Made by a program: the position numbers and the translations under genes
Shown: in pieces, positions 25,297-35,800 of the stretch
Layout: each line of letters starts with the position of its first letter
How positions within the stretch are numbered: the first letter of the stretch is position 1
Source: a virus
Reading direction: 5' to 3' (one strand)
Length of the DNA: 64,000 nucleotides
Virus record (IMG/VR): IMGVR_UViG_3300032323_001119
Coordinates: 46,438-110,437 of that record
The notes under the pieces: generated by a model
Seen by the model: the letters and a program-made list of their open reading frames with translations, nothing else
The model's database searches: none
What the model was told of the DNA's origin: nothing

Positions 25297-27873
25297 TTAC
25301 GGTTCAAGTGCGTCAATCCTTGAAGAAAGTATGTTTATTTTTTCAGAAACTTCTTGTATTGCCAAAACTAAAGATGCGGTTAATCTATCGTAGGCTATGC
25401 CGTCTGGCTTATTTTCTTCATTATAATTAACTACTGTTCTAAGTTGTGGTATTTCATGAAGCTCTTCAGCAATGAGGCCAGAAAGAGTTCTAGGTTCGCC
25501 ATTATATCCAGTATCTCCAATATAATTATAAGTTACGGGCTTTAATGAATTAATTATGTCTAGGTACCCAGATTTGTTAATTTCAATAATATTTTCCTTA
25601 TATCTTGAGCTAGAAACCTGTACCCTTAAAAACCCTGCATCTTGAACTATAGAGTTTCCAGAACCAGTACCTAAAGTATTTGCAAATATTCTGCCATTAG
25701 AAAAAAGCCTTGTTACGTTACCACCAAGGTCTATATAGGCGTCTGTAGCAACTCCGTAGTTACCATTTCCTATTAATAATCTTCTCCATCTGAAGCTGTC
25801 TAAGCCTAAATCAGATCCGCCGTTATAAAATGGATAGCATGAGGTTACCCACCCGCTGGTAGAGGTGCTAACAAAAGCTATGGCATTTACTGCTGTTGAA
25901 ATAACCTGACCAGAGTCTACTGGGCCAGATCTTAAATAAGATGTTTTAAATCTTCCTGAGCTTGAATCTGTAGAAATATCAATATTAACACCTGTAATCA
26001 TTCCTGCCCGAATTTTTTCTGCATCAATAAATCCTGAATAAACATATGTTGAAACTACGTTATCTGCTATAACAGTTCCAGCTTCTAATACACCGCCATT
26101 AATAAAATTTCCATTTGTGCTATTATTAATTTTTCTAATTACTTCAGCTTTACTGAAATTAACTGCAGGCAATGCTGCATCAGCAGTTGTTTTAGCAGAA
26201 TTTGCTGTAGAAGCAGCAGAAGTTGCTGTAGCAGCAGCAGAAGTTGCTGTAGCAGCAGCAGAAGTTGCTGTAGAAGAAGCATTAGTGGCTTTTGTATCTG
26301 TAGCAGCTAAAGCACTAGTCGTTGCATACCCAGAAAGAATTGTTCCAGAACCAAGTACTGCATTTTGTGCATATAAAGTTCCGTCAGCAGCAACTCTGAA
26401 CTTAGCATTTGCATCGGGTGTATTATTGCCAGCCCACATAACAAATGATGTTCCTCCTGAAGAAGCTGTTTGTAAATAAATGCTGTTGGCGGCTGTAGAA
26501 CCAACCTGTATCTTTCCTGAGCTATCTAAAATAACATTGTTTTTGGATAACGTGGTATCATCTAGTGTCCATCCAGCAATGCTTCCACCATTTGCAGTTA
26601 TGTTTCCAGTCTCTGCGGAAATTGTTACAGACTTTGTCCCATTTGCAACCTTAAGTCCTTTTGAGTTTAAGGCAAATCCGTTTCCAGTTAAGTTTCCAGT
26701 AGATGTATCTATGGTTCCACTATATATCGATGCCCCAGTTGTAGACATAAATATATTTCCGCTAAATGTTCCACCTCTTGCAGTTACATTTCCATCTATT
26801 GCAAATGTGGACCCGTCCCAGAGAAGATAATTACTTGTTGCTCCGCCAACTTTTAGTCTTGCACTATTGGTTGCATTAACATACCAATAATTACTAGCAT
26901 CAAAGTAGAGTCCTTTATTTGTTGAAACAGATCCAACACCCACTCCGAATTGGAATGGACCCCCTGTTATATAATTTGAAACAGATGGCGTACCTTCAAC
27001 TCTAACATCTGATGCAGATATGTATGCAGATGAAGTGTTATTGTATTCGTCATACGTAGCAACAGCTATCTGATAGGTTGAGCCAATTGCAAGTCCTGCA
27101 AGCTTATATGTGGTTCCAGTTCCTGGAGAATCAACATATGAGTATGTTGCCCCATTATCGTTACTAAATCTAATTCTATATCCTCTTATGCCACCTCCAG
27201 TTACTGCTGGCCAAGAAACATTTGCAAATGCATTAAAGCCAAGGTAGCCGCTTGTGTCTATTCCGCTTGTAGTGGTTACAGAGGTAACGTTTGCTGGGCC
27301 AACTGTGTCTACCGTAATTGGATCAGATGCTTTAAACGGACCAAAGGTAACACTTTTTTTTCTATAGTCTTGGTCTCTTGTATCTACACGAATCCACCTA
27401 TTTGCTGTATTGGAAACAAGTATCGTTGCTGAATTGCCGTTTCCATTCCATACTAAATATTCTTCTCCTGAAAATGCTCCTGTAAGGCTTTCGTATATTT
27501 GTATGTCTATAAGCCACTTGTTTGCGGGCAATGCTTTGTCTATCAAGTCCCACTTAACACCATAAGAAAGAAGTCCTGGAGTTACAGAAAGATTTGTAAC
27601 AGGCTGTGTTAAATCTGGAGTTTGAAGAGTAATTAAAAAGTTTGCTGATCTTGGGCCCTGTATTGGTTGCGATGGATTATCTGGATTGTCATACAAATAG
27701 GCAAATGAGAATGGGTAGGTTCTATTTACAACTACGTTGTAGCCGTCATCTGTAACAACAAAAGTATCTGGAGATGTTTGAGATGCAACCCTTGCAGCAT
27801 CTGTTGGGTTTGCCTGTAAATCTGCAGACCTTCTGTTAAGAAATCTATCGATTGCGTCGTTGTATCCTGCCAT
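25297..27873 (-). CDS. Tail fibre/central tail protein with FN3 domain and C-terminal peptidase S74 chaperone
   Basis: FN3 (VSWPAV..GYRIRF..GLAIGSTYQIAV); SSRYKENI, LKPVTYNY, GLIAEEL, IAYDRL. Confidence 0.8.
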   Translation of the reverse strand: MAGYNDAIDRFLNRRSADLQANPTDAARVASQTSPDTFVVTDDGYNVVVNRTYPFSFAYLYDNPDNPSQPIQGPRSANFLITLQTPDLTQPVTNLSVTPGLLSYGVKWDLIDKALPANKWLIDIQIYESLTGAFSGEEYLVWNGNGNSATILVSNTANRWIRVDTRDQDYRKKSVTFGPFKASDPITVDTVGPANVTSVTTTSGIDTSGYLGFNAFANVSWPAVTGGGIRGYRIRFSNDNGATYSYVDSPGTGTTYKLAGLAIGSTYQIAVATYDEYNNTSSAYISASDVRVEGTPSVSNYITGGPFQFGVGVGSVSTNKGLYFDASNYWYVNATNSARLKVGGATSNYLLWDGSTFAIDGNVTARGGTFSGNIFMSTTGASIYSGTIDTSTGNLTGNGFALNSKGLKVANGTKSVTISAETGNITANGGSIAGWTLDDTTLSKNNVILDSSGKIQVGSTAANSIYLQTASSGGTSFVMWAGNNTPDANAKFRVAADGTLYAQNAVLGSGTILSGYATTSALAATDTKATNASSTATSAAATATSAAATATSAASTANSAKTTADAALPAVNFSKAEVIRKINNSTNGNFINGGVLEAGTVIADNVVSTYVYSGFIDAEKIRAGMITGVNIDISTDSSSGRFKTSYLRSGPVDSGQVISTAVNAIAFVSTSTSGWVTSCYPFYNGGSDLGLDSFRWRRLLIGNGNYGVATDAYIDLGGNVTRLFSNGRIFANTLGTGSGNSIVQDAGFLRVQVSSSRYKENIIEINKSGYLDIINSLKPVTYNYIGDTGYNGEPRTLSGLIAEELHEIPQLRTVVNYNEENKPDGIAYDRLTASLVLAIQEVSEKINILSSRIDALEP
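26205..26275. repeat. 21-bp coding tandem repeat (about 3 copies) encoding an ATATSAA heptad
   Basis: gcagcagaagttgctgtagca units. Confidence 0.75.
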
Positions 27874-28760
27874 TATAAGAACCCTAAATTAATTTTGTAT
27901 TCTATATCCATTTCAACACCAAGCTTTTTTACAATAGGGTTTGCTAAAACAGATCGGCTAATTAATCCGTACTGGGGATTATATCTGTCGTCATCGTTTA
28001 TTCTTAACCCATCTAAAAGCACTATAGTTGATCCAGTAGATTTTGCTTTTCCTCCGACTTCTATTTTAGTGATAGAAGAAAAGTCTATGGCGTCACCAGA
28101 AGAAAAAGAAGAATTGAATAAGTCAGATAGTTTAGCGGTAAGAATTTTTTCTCCAATAGTGCTTGATGCTGCAAACCTTACTTCTTTGTAGTCAGTAGGA
28201 GAGCTATAAAAACGAACGTAAACATAGTCTAGATTTAAATCTATTTGATAAAAAGCAATAGTTAAGCTATCGTCCACTCCGTATCCAGAAATGTCAAACA
28301 CGGTATCTAGAGAATAAGATTTAGATTGATTCATCGGTGCAGAAATTTTAAAGTAAGAAGATCCTATTCTGGGCTGTGGGCTAGAAACTTTTTCTGCTTC
28401 ATCTCCATTTGAATCTCTCCAAGAATATGAGTTCTCAAATGAAGATATGTATTGAGAAGAAAAATCTGTATTCTGAAGTGCTGCTGTTGGGAAAATTCCT
28501 ATTTCACTGATTACGCCTTCAACGTCTGTAGGCAGTGTGGTTTTATAGACAACCGAGTATGTAGTTTCTCCAGTGGCCGTATTGGTTTGAATATCAGAGC
28601 TTCCTAAAAATACACCAGATCTATAAAACTCAAACTGCATATCTGTATCGTTTGCTGACTCTGCTCTATTGCCTATGCCAATAGCAATATCTTTTTCGTT
28701 AAAGTTGAGTCCATTTGCCATATAAGAAGTTATAAATCTTTTACCAAATTTTGTTATCAT
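27873..28760 (-). CDS. Tail/baseplate-region protein
   Basis: MITKFGKRFI..IAIGIG..EIGIF..SRSVL pattern; located in the tail module. Confidence 0.6.
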   Translation of the reverse strand: MITKFGKRFITSYMANGLNFNEKDIAIGIGNRAESANDTDMQFEFYRSGVFLGSSDIQTNTATGETTYSVVYKTTLPTDVEGVISEIGIFPTAALQNTDFSSQYISSFENSYSWRDSNGDEAEKVSSPQPRIGSSYFKISAPMNQSKSYSLDTVFDISGYGVDDSLTIAFYQIDLNLDYVYVRFYSSPTDYKEVRFAASSTIGEKILTAKLSDLFNSSFSSGDAIDFSSITKIEVGGKAKSTGSTIVLLDGLRINDDDRYNPQYGLISRSVLANPIVKKLGVEMDIEYKINLGFL

Positions 28761-29161
28761 ATTAGAACTACCCCTTTTACTATTTCCCCAACGCTATTTT
28801 TTACTTCAAACTTGACTCTAAGGAATCTATTGTTATTAGAATCATAGTATATTTCTGGGTCAGTTATAGTTTGTCCCGAAGAATATCTCTTACCAGTAGC
28901 TCCAATTAAAACAATGTCTTCTAAGTTAGGTGCAGCTAAACCTGTTTCTCCTTCGCCACCTTCTCCACCCTCGCCACCTTCTCCGTCTCCATCTCCTGGA
29001 ACAGTAGGCACATAGGTTTTATCAACAGTATTGGTATATAAATTAACAACGTCATACTGATCTGTTTTTAGTATGCCAATAAGTGGAGAGTCTACTGGTA
29101 GTTGTACCTTGACTCCACCAGCTACTTGTGAGCTACCTATTTTTGGATTCTTTTTAACCAT
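28757..29161 (-). CDS. Hypothetical tail-module protein with a GGE low-complexity linker
   Basis: 134-aa ORF; leaderless TGGTAGAAT promoter 6 nt before the ATG. Confidence 0.6.
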   Translation of the reverse strand: MVKKNPKIGSSQVAGGVKVQLPVDSPLIGILKTDQYDVVNLYTNTVDKTYVPTVPGDGDGEGGEGGEGGEGETGLAAPNLEDIVLIGATGKRYSSGQTITDPEIYYDSNNNRFLRVKFEVKNSVGEIVKGVVLI

Positions 29162-29181
29162 ATAAAGATTCTACCATTTCA

Positions 29182-32100
29182 TTAAACATAAATCGACCTA
29201 CACACTATAGTAGTAGAAGGGGAATCACTGTATCCCTGCTCTATATTTAATACTATATACTTGCCAGCCGTAAAACCAGTATCTTCTGATGAATACACTA
29301 AGTTGCTTGGATATGATATTTCAACGACATCCCCTGTTTCCAAAGTAGGGTTTGGAAACACTTCTAGAGTTAAAACGGTCTGCTGTTTTGACCACTGAGT
29401 TCTCATCCATTCAGACAAAGCCTTTGCCTCGGACTCTTTTTGAATCCAAGTGGATTCAAATGCTACCTGCTCTTCTGCCTTAGTAGAAGAAAGATCAGGA
29501 TCTATGTATTCAAATGGATCTAAGGGGGCTATTGTTTCTCCAACTACAATAAAACTTTTTTGTCCGCCGTCAGCCAAATCAATAAAAGCACCAGTATTAT
29601 TTAATATGTAGGCATCAATACCAAATGACGTTGCATCATATCCAAGTAGTGTTGCGTTTGGGTTTAGTATTATTTGAGGGTACTTAACAAACCCTGGCCT
29701 AGTAGCATATCTGGTAGATATCTTTTTTATTTCTCTAGCAACTGGCCCGAACTCTTTAATCCAGGAAGGAGCTGTAGAGGTAGAGTCTGTGCCGCTTGAA
29801 AGAAATTCTCCAAATACATTTTTTAAAGAAGTTGCAGACCCTACATATGATGCATAGTTGTCGTAATCATAAGAGCCTTCAAACTCTTCTTTCTTTAGAG
29901 TTGAAGAGTAAACATAATCGAAGGCTGACTCTCCCTGTATTCCTAATAAAGCAATTTTATTTGATAAAGCAATTGGAGATGAATCAGTTGCAGTAATAAT
30001 TTGATTATTAAATTTAATCTTAAATATAAGTTTACCAGCTACTGCCTTAGAAACTTTTACATCTACTCTATAAAATTCTCCACCAGATACCCCAGTAATA
30101 GAATTGTCTTCAGTTTTTTGTGTATCCGATATGACAGTTTCTACTCCATTTACAAGTTTAAATAACTGAACGTCTCTAGAGTTTAAGCCTTTGTTGGCTA
30201 CATTTTGAGATGTTGCAATTTTTAATATGTATCCGTTTAAATTATTTGATGAAAGTCCTATTCCTAATCCAGCTGAAACTGGTTGCTCTCCAGTAACCCT
30301 ATTATTGCTATCTCGTGCAAGCTTAAAGAATAGAGCTGTTCCAATGGAAAAGTAAGTTTTATCGGCGAAGTCTAGGCCAGCAGATATGTTGGCGCAGTAG
30401 TATTCTTTTGAAGCAGGGGGTGCAACTATAGTCAAAAGTGATCTGGATATCGATGTTCCAGATCCATCCGTCTGTTTTAAGAAAAATACAGATTCATCAC
30501 CTGCATTTGTTTTTGCAGACAAATTAAGTCTGGAGCCAGACCACTCTTGTTTTAAAGCATCTACGTTGACTAAATGCTCATCTCCAATACCTATACCCTT
30601 ACCAGTTGCATTAAATGCATTTCTTTGTTTAATCCTAAATCTAAGAGTAGGTGCAAAAGAATTTATTTTGCTTTCTCCTAAATACTTTGCAATATCAGAG
30701 TCAGAAGTTATCCATTTTTTTACTGTGGTGCCTGGCGCAGATAAAGGTTCATATCTAAATTCCATTGCGTCGTATTCTATTATTTCATTATTGAGTAAAA
30801 AGTAACCAGATTTATTGTAGAATGAATTGTCTGCTAATCCACTATAAACAGTTATTGGTGCTAAGCTAACAACACCTAAAGGTGCATTTGTTTCTGCAGT
30901 TGCTGATGCAGGCAAAGTGGTTTGCAAAGCTGCTGCTCCTAGAGCAGCTGGAGGGGAAACATACAGGTTATCTGATGATCCTTTATAGTTAGTGCTAATT
31001 ATAGGAGTGTATATAACCTTTACTGCTTTTACAGATGGAACAGTTTCTTTTGTTAAAGATATGATGTTTGGTACGTTAGATCCTTTTGTTGCACTTCTAA
31101 ATTTAAAGCTAGAAGTTCTTGACTTGTCAAACAAATAGTCTCTAGGGTAAAATTGCAAGATATCATTATTGTCAAAAGTAGCAATCATTTGTGTGTCTCT
31201 GCATAAATCTTGTATGTGCTGCCAGACAGTTTTAGTATCTTCTGTGTACCAATACAATGGAACTATAGTTGCGGAGTCTGTTTTATTTGGATCCGCCTTG
31301 CCATAAGTATTAAAATTATAACTAGTAAATCCAATACTGTCTAGCAGCCTTCTTACAATAGCTTGGGAAGGAGCATTCTGAATAACAATATCTGGAGCCA
31401 ATATTTCTTGCAAAAATTTAGCACCATCTAATCCTTGAATATCCATGTCTCCAAATTCTGATATAGTAAAAGAATCTATGTAAAAAACTCCCTGTGGGAT
31501 TACATCATTACCTATCTTATTAAATGGCATCACCTTAATATTTTTATATAAGTTTATATTGGACTTATTAAACGCTAGTGTTTTATCATACTCTATTCCT
31601 CTCCTGTCAAATCCCTCAAGTGAGATAGACAGGGAATTTGAAGTTACAGATCCTACTGGAACAATGCCAGACGAATCATCAGAAGAATTTTTTGAAACAT
31701 TAAATGAAACTAATCTATCTGATACATCCTGTATATACCTCGCTCCCACCTCTATTACTCCAAGGAACGAGTTGGCTACATTTATTGTGTTAACGCTAAC
31801 AATTATTTTTTTAATATTAACAGGTGCGGATGGTGTTGTAAACTTTGTTGTAGACCAAGATGAGCCATTATAGTATAGTTGGAATACTCCATCTGTAGGC
31901 ACAACACCATTTGTTGATATTGTAGACTCTACACCAGCATGATCTTGTATTTTAATATTCCAGTTAGCTGGCTTAGAGTAAGATGTTTCAAATTTAACAA
32001 CTATTGTATTTGCTACAGCAGTTTTTGCTACTGGATAATCTACTGTAAAATTACAATTAGATAATGAATTTCCAGATGCTTGTGGAGAAAGCCAGAACTT

Positions 32101-32445
32101 GTATTGAGTTTTTGTACTAGAAAAGTATGTTCTAATTGGCATGTCTGACGAAACGTTGTATTTTGGTATTTGAGTAATTACGTTTGGATTTAAAACGAAA
32201 TAGTTTATACCAGCAAAAGATGGTCTTCTTGGATCAATAATATTTTTTAGCGGGAATAGCTTTTTAAAAGGCTGGTAAGACTTTTTAGTAACTGGATCTA
32301 TTATGGTTGCAGTTTCTACTGGAGAAGATATAGACACCCCATCAATTAGGTCATTCATATTATATTCAAGCCAGCATCCGCCAGACATAGAGTATGAAAT
32401 AGACTGATTTATTTTAGTTAGTGTGTCCTGGCTTACTGGCAGCAT
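29182..32445 (-). CDS. Large minor tail (tail tip/hub) protein
   Basis: About 1087 aa, follows TMP and Dit; C-terminal PNPTLETGDVVEI hub motif. Confidence 0.75.
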   Translation of the reverse strand: MLPVSQDTLTKINQSISYSMSGGCWLEYNMNDLIDGVSISSPVETATIIDPVTKKSYQPFKKLFPLKNIIDPRRPSFAGINYFVLNPNVITQIPKYNVSSDMPIRTYFSSTKTQYKFWLSPQASGNSLSNCNFTVDYPVAKTAVANTIVVKFETSYSKPANWNIKIQDHAGVESTISTNGVVPTDGVFQLYYNGSSWSTTKFTTPSAPVNIKKIIVSVNTINVANSFLGVIEVGARYIQDVSDRLVSFNVSKNSSDDSSGIVPVGSVTSNSLSISLEGFDRRGIEYDKTLAFNKSNINLYKNIKVMPFNKIGNDVIPQGVFYIDSFTISEFGDMDIQGLDGAKFLQEILAPDIVIQNAPSQAIVRRLLDSIGFTSYNFNTYGKADPNKTDSATIVPLYWYTEDTKTVWQHIQDLCRDTQMIATFDNNDILQFYPRDYLFDKSRTSSFKFRSATKGSNVPNIISLTKETVPSVKAVKVIYTPIISTNYKGSSDNLYVSPPAALGAAALQTTLPASATAETNAPLGVVSLAPITVYSGLADNSFYNKSGYFLLNNEIIEYDAMEFRYEPLSAPGTTVKKWITSDSDIAKYLGESKINSFAPTLRFRIKQRNAFNATGKGIGIGDEHLVNVDALKQEWSGSRLNLSAKTNAGDESVFFLKQTDGSGTSISRSLLTIVAPPASKEYYCANISAGLDFADKTYFSIGTALFFKLARDSNNRVTGEQPVSAGLGIGLSSNNLNGYILKIATSQNVANKGLNSRDVQLFKLVNGVETVISDTQKTEDNSITGVSGGEFYRVDVKVSKAVAGKLIFKIKFNNQIITATDSSPIALSNKIALLGIQGESAFDYVYSSTLKKEEFEGSYDYDNYASYVGSATSLKNVFGEFLSSGTDSTSTAPSWIKEFGPVAREIKKISTRYATRPGFVKYPQIILNPNATLLGYDATSFGIDAYILNNTGAFIDLADGGQKSFIVVGETIAPLDPFEYIDPDLSSTKAEEQVAFESTWIQKESEAKALSEWMRTQWSKQQTVLTLEVFPNPTLETGDVVEISYPSNLVYSSEDTGFTAGKYIVLNIEQGYSDSPSTTIVCRSIYV

Positions 32446-32894
32446 TATACTTCTTCCAGTGAAATAGATACATCCCAAAATGCCTGTGGAGCATCAGATA
32501 TTTTTTCTTTTACATTTCTTTTAATTAAATTAAATGAGCAGGCTGTAAATGACGCAAGGAATTCCTCTGTTCTTGTAGAGTTATATGCAATTCGTACATT
32601 AAAAGTTCCCTGCCCTTTAGCGCTTAAATAAAATGTTCTTAGGTCTTCTGCCCCCCAAAAGCCATCTACGGTCATTGTAGAGTATGATGGAACCGTGCTC
32701 CATGAGGTAGATACAGTCTTCTTATCGGCTATAAACAGCTTTCTAAGGCTTCCATTGGCCATCCTAGCAGTTCTTTCAAACCTTTGTGTATCTATAGATA
32801 TAGGGGATCTATTATGTTCTGTTAATTGACGCCATGCGTTAGTAGAGTCTTGTATAAACAAGGCTGCACCTACTGGTAAAATTAAAGCTGGCAT
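32445..32894 (-). CDS. Distal tail (Dit-like) protein
   Basis: Directly after TMP; RMANGSLR...SW...VSISLEEV. Confidence 0.65.
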   Translation of the reverse strand: MPALILPVGAALFIQDSTNAWRQLTEHNRSPISIDTQRFERTARMANGSLRKLFIADKKTVSTSWSTVPSYSTMTVDGFWGAEDLRTFYLSAKGQGTFNVRIAYNSTRTEEFLASFTACSFNLIKRNVKEKISDAPQAFWDVSISLEEV

Positions 32895-35800
32895 TATATA
32901 TTCTTCCCCTGTCCTACCATTTTAACATTAATCTTAGCTTTTTGTCCAATAACAACCTCAGCCTTTTTAACAATCATATTAGACAATGCTTCGACATCCA
33001 TTCCTTCTGATGCGTAAATATTTTGGTTAACAACATAAGAGTTGCCTGAAACAGCACCATCTCTTACATTATACTGAGCTTGGTTAAAATTATATCTTGG
33101 CGATGCCGCTGCTAATGTATTCATTACATCGTTTGGCATAATATTTGCTTTATTCTTTAAGTGTACAAACTCTGGTCCTCTTTCTCCAACCAGGAACATT
33201 CCGCTTGCATTTTCAACACCAGTGGCAGCCTTACCTGCAAAGACTATGTTACCGTCTTTTTTGCTTCTTGAATATTTTTGTCCATTCCAAATAAATGTTT
33301 CGCCTAGCTGCAAGTCTAGTCTATCTTTAATTGCATCACGAGCCTGTGCATTAAGAACCTTTATCTTTTTACCATCAAATTCTTTTTCTTCCAGCTGGTT
33401 GCTGTAGTTACCAGTAACCTTTATATTTCTTCTTAGCGTAGGATCTCCATTTGCACCCTTTATGGCATTTACAACATCCTTAAGAGTTGCCCCACCCTTA
33501 ATACTATTTGCGAGTGCTTCATTAACTCCTGCGCCAGTTCCAGATTTTAATAGAAGGTCTAGTGCATTTTGTTGTGGAGAAACTGGAACCTTAGTTGTAG
33601 TTGTAACTGGGCCAGTAGATGTTAATTCAGTAGTAGTTTTTGTTGTATATCTTGGCATTTTTTCGCCAGTTACGGCTTCCATTGCAGCCACAAATCCTGC
33701 TGCTGCTTCTTTATTTTTCTTCACATACTCTTGAATTGATTGTCCAGCTGCAGCTGCATTTCCGTAAAGAGCAGTCATAGAATCATTAACCTTTTTAATA
33801 GCAGCTTCCTGCTTATCATATCTAGACTTAAGCTTATCTAAACTTTCTCCAGCAATTGCTGCCGAATCAGAAAGTTTTTGCTGCTTATCTCCTAGCGCTT
33901 CAGCGGCTGCTTTAAGAGGCTTGTTAGCTGCTTCTGTAGCTTTATCTATTGCTCTCATCTGTGCTTCTGTTTGTTGCTGAGAAGTTAAAGACTCTAAATC
34001 AATTCTTAAGCTTTGCGCCTTCTCAGTGTCTCCAGTTGCGGCAGCATTTTGCATTTCAATTCTAGTTTTTTCAATTTGTCTTCCTAGATCTGCGTCTTGC
34101 TGTGCTGCCGACAAAGCCTTCTTTCTTGCTTCTGCAAGCTTATTGTTTGCATCTATTTGCTTGTTTAAAGCCTTTAGTCTATCTCTATCAGAAATTTGCT
34201 GAGCAACAGTCTGTCCCTTAAGGGCCTTTGTGTAGTTTGCAATTTGGCCCTTTAGTTTATCTAGGCTTGCATACTGCTCTTTTAGTATTCCAGTTCTATT
34301 TGTAGACTGTACTGAATCTGATATTGCTGCAAAAGAGTCTGCGATTACTTTAGTTTGTGCTGCGTTTAATGCAGAAAGATCTCCGTTAAATCCTTGTGCT
34401 TGAAGTCTAATTTTTTGCCAAACACTGACAATGGTGTCAGAACCATTAATCATCTTCTTTACTTCAGGATTTGTCTTAGCCATTTCATTAATAGTGCCTT
34501 GTGTAATTGCTGTACCAGCTTCTCTAGACTTGTTTATTTTGTCTATCATTATCTTTTCAGCTTCTGCATATGTAAGAGACTTTGTCTTACCGCTTAAATC
34601 TTTAGCAACAAGTCTTTCTCTTTTGGCAATTAAATCATTGATTCCAGTTTCAGTTGCCATAAGAGCAGTATTTAAAGATGCCGCCTTTTCTTTATTTCCC
34701 TGATCTCTTGTATCAGCACCAAAGCTAGTAACTGCTGAAACTGCTGCAGATTGTGGATCGGTAATTGCTTTGAACTGTGCATTACCCATTGTTGCAGTAA
34801 TTGATTGATCTTTTTTATTTGACAGCTGAAGCATAGTATAAACTTTTTTAGTTGCCTCATCTGCAGACATTCCAGCTGCAATTAGCTGCTCTTTAATTCT
34901 ACGTACAGCATCAGGCACCTTGTTTGAAGGCTGTCTATCTAGTGCTTTAATCTGCTCTCCAAAAGTTTCTTTTACTTCTTTCTTTAATTCTTTGTATTCT
35001 GCAATTGTCATCTGGAATGGAGTCCCGCCATCTTTCATGCTTTCATACACAAGCTTATTTGCAGCCGCCATATCCTTGGCATCCTGAATAGTATCTTTAA
35101 TTTTTGATCCGAAGTCTGTAAATCTTAGGTTAGCTTTTTTAGCTGCTTCTGCAGTCATTCCAAATGTAGATATATTAAGTTCTTGTCCCTTTTTGTAGTT
35201 CTGCCACATCTTGTATCCAGCAATACCTGCTAGAGTTACTGCTGCTAGTGGGGCAACTAGTCCTGCTGCTGCAGCTGCGGTTGCACCAAATCCAGCTGAT
35301 GCCATTCCTGCTGTTGCTGCACTTGCTGCAGCACGTTTTGCAACCATTCCGCCTATGCCTTTTATAAGAGATGGGCCAGCCATTGATCCAACCATTGAGC
35401 CCATCATCATTCCATTTTGTCCACCAAGGGCATTTCCTATTGCTCCCCCTGCTGCCATTCCACCCATAGTGCCAAGCATCATGCCTCCAGCGCCTTGGCC
35501 TAGTTCTGGGTTTACGACACCCTTTGCTCTCATATATTGAACTGGATGTAACATTGCTGATGTAGAATAACGAGCATTTGCCATAAACGATCTTCTAATT
35601 GCATTATCTGCTCTGGATGCTGGAACTTCATTGCCACGTCTATCTATATATGCTGGATTAAAAATTGCTCCTGGAGCATTAGCAGCTATTGATCTTTCTT
35701 CTCCAATTTTATTTTTGCGATTCTGTATCATCCCAGCAGTTCTATATCCTGAATCTTTTATTCTAGTCCCAAGTGAGCTTATACTTGATGATATATCTGA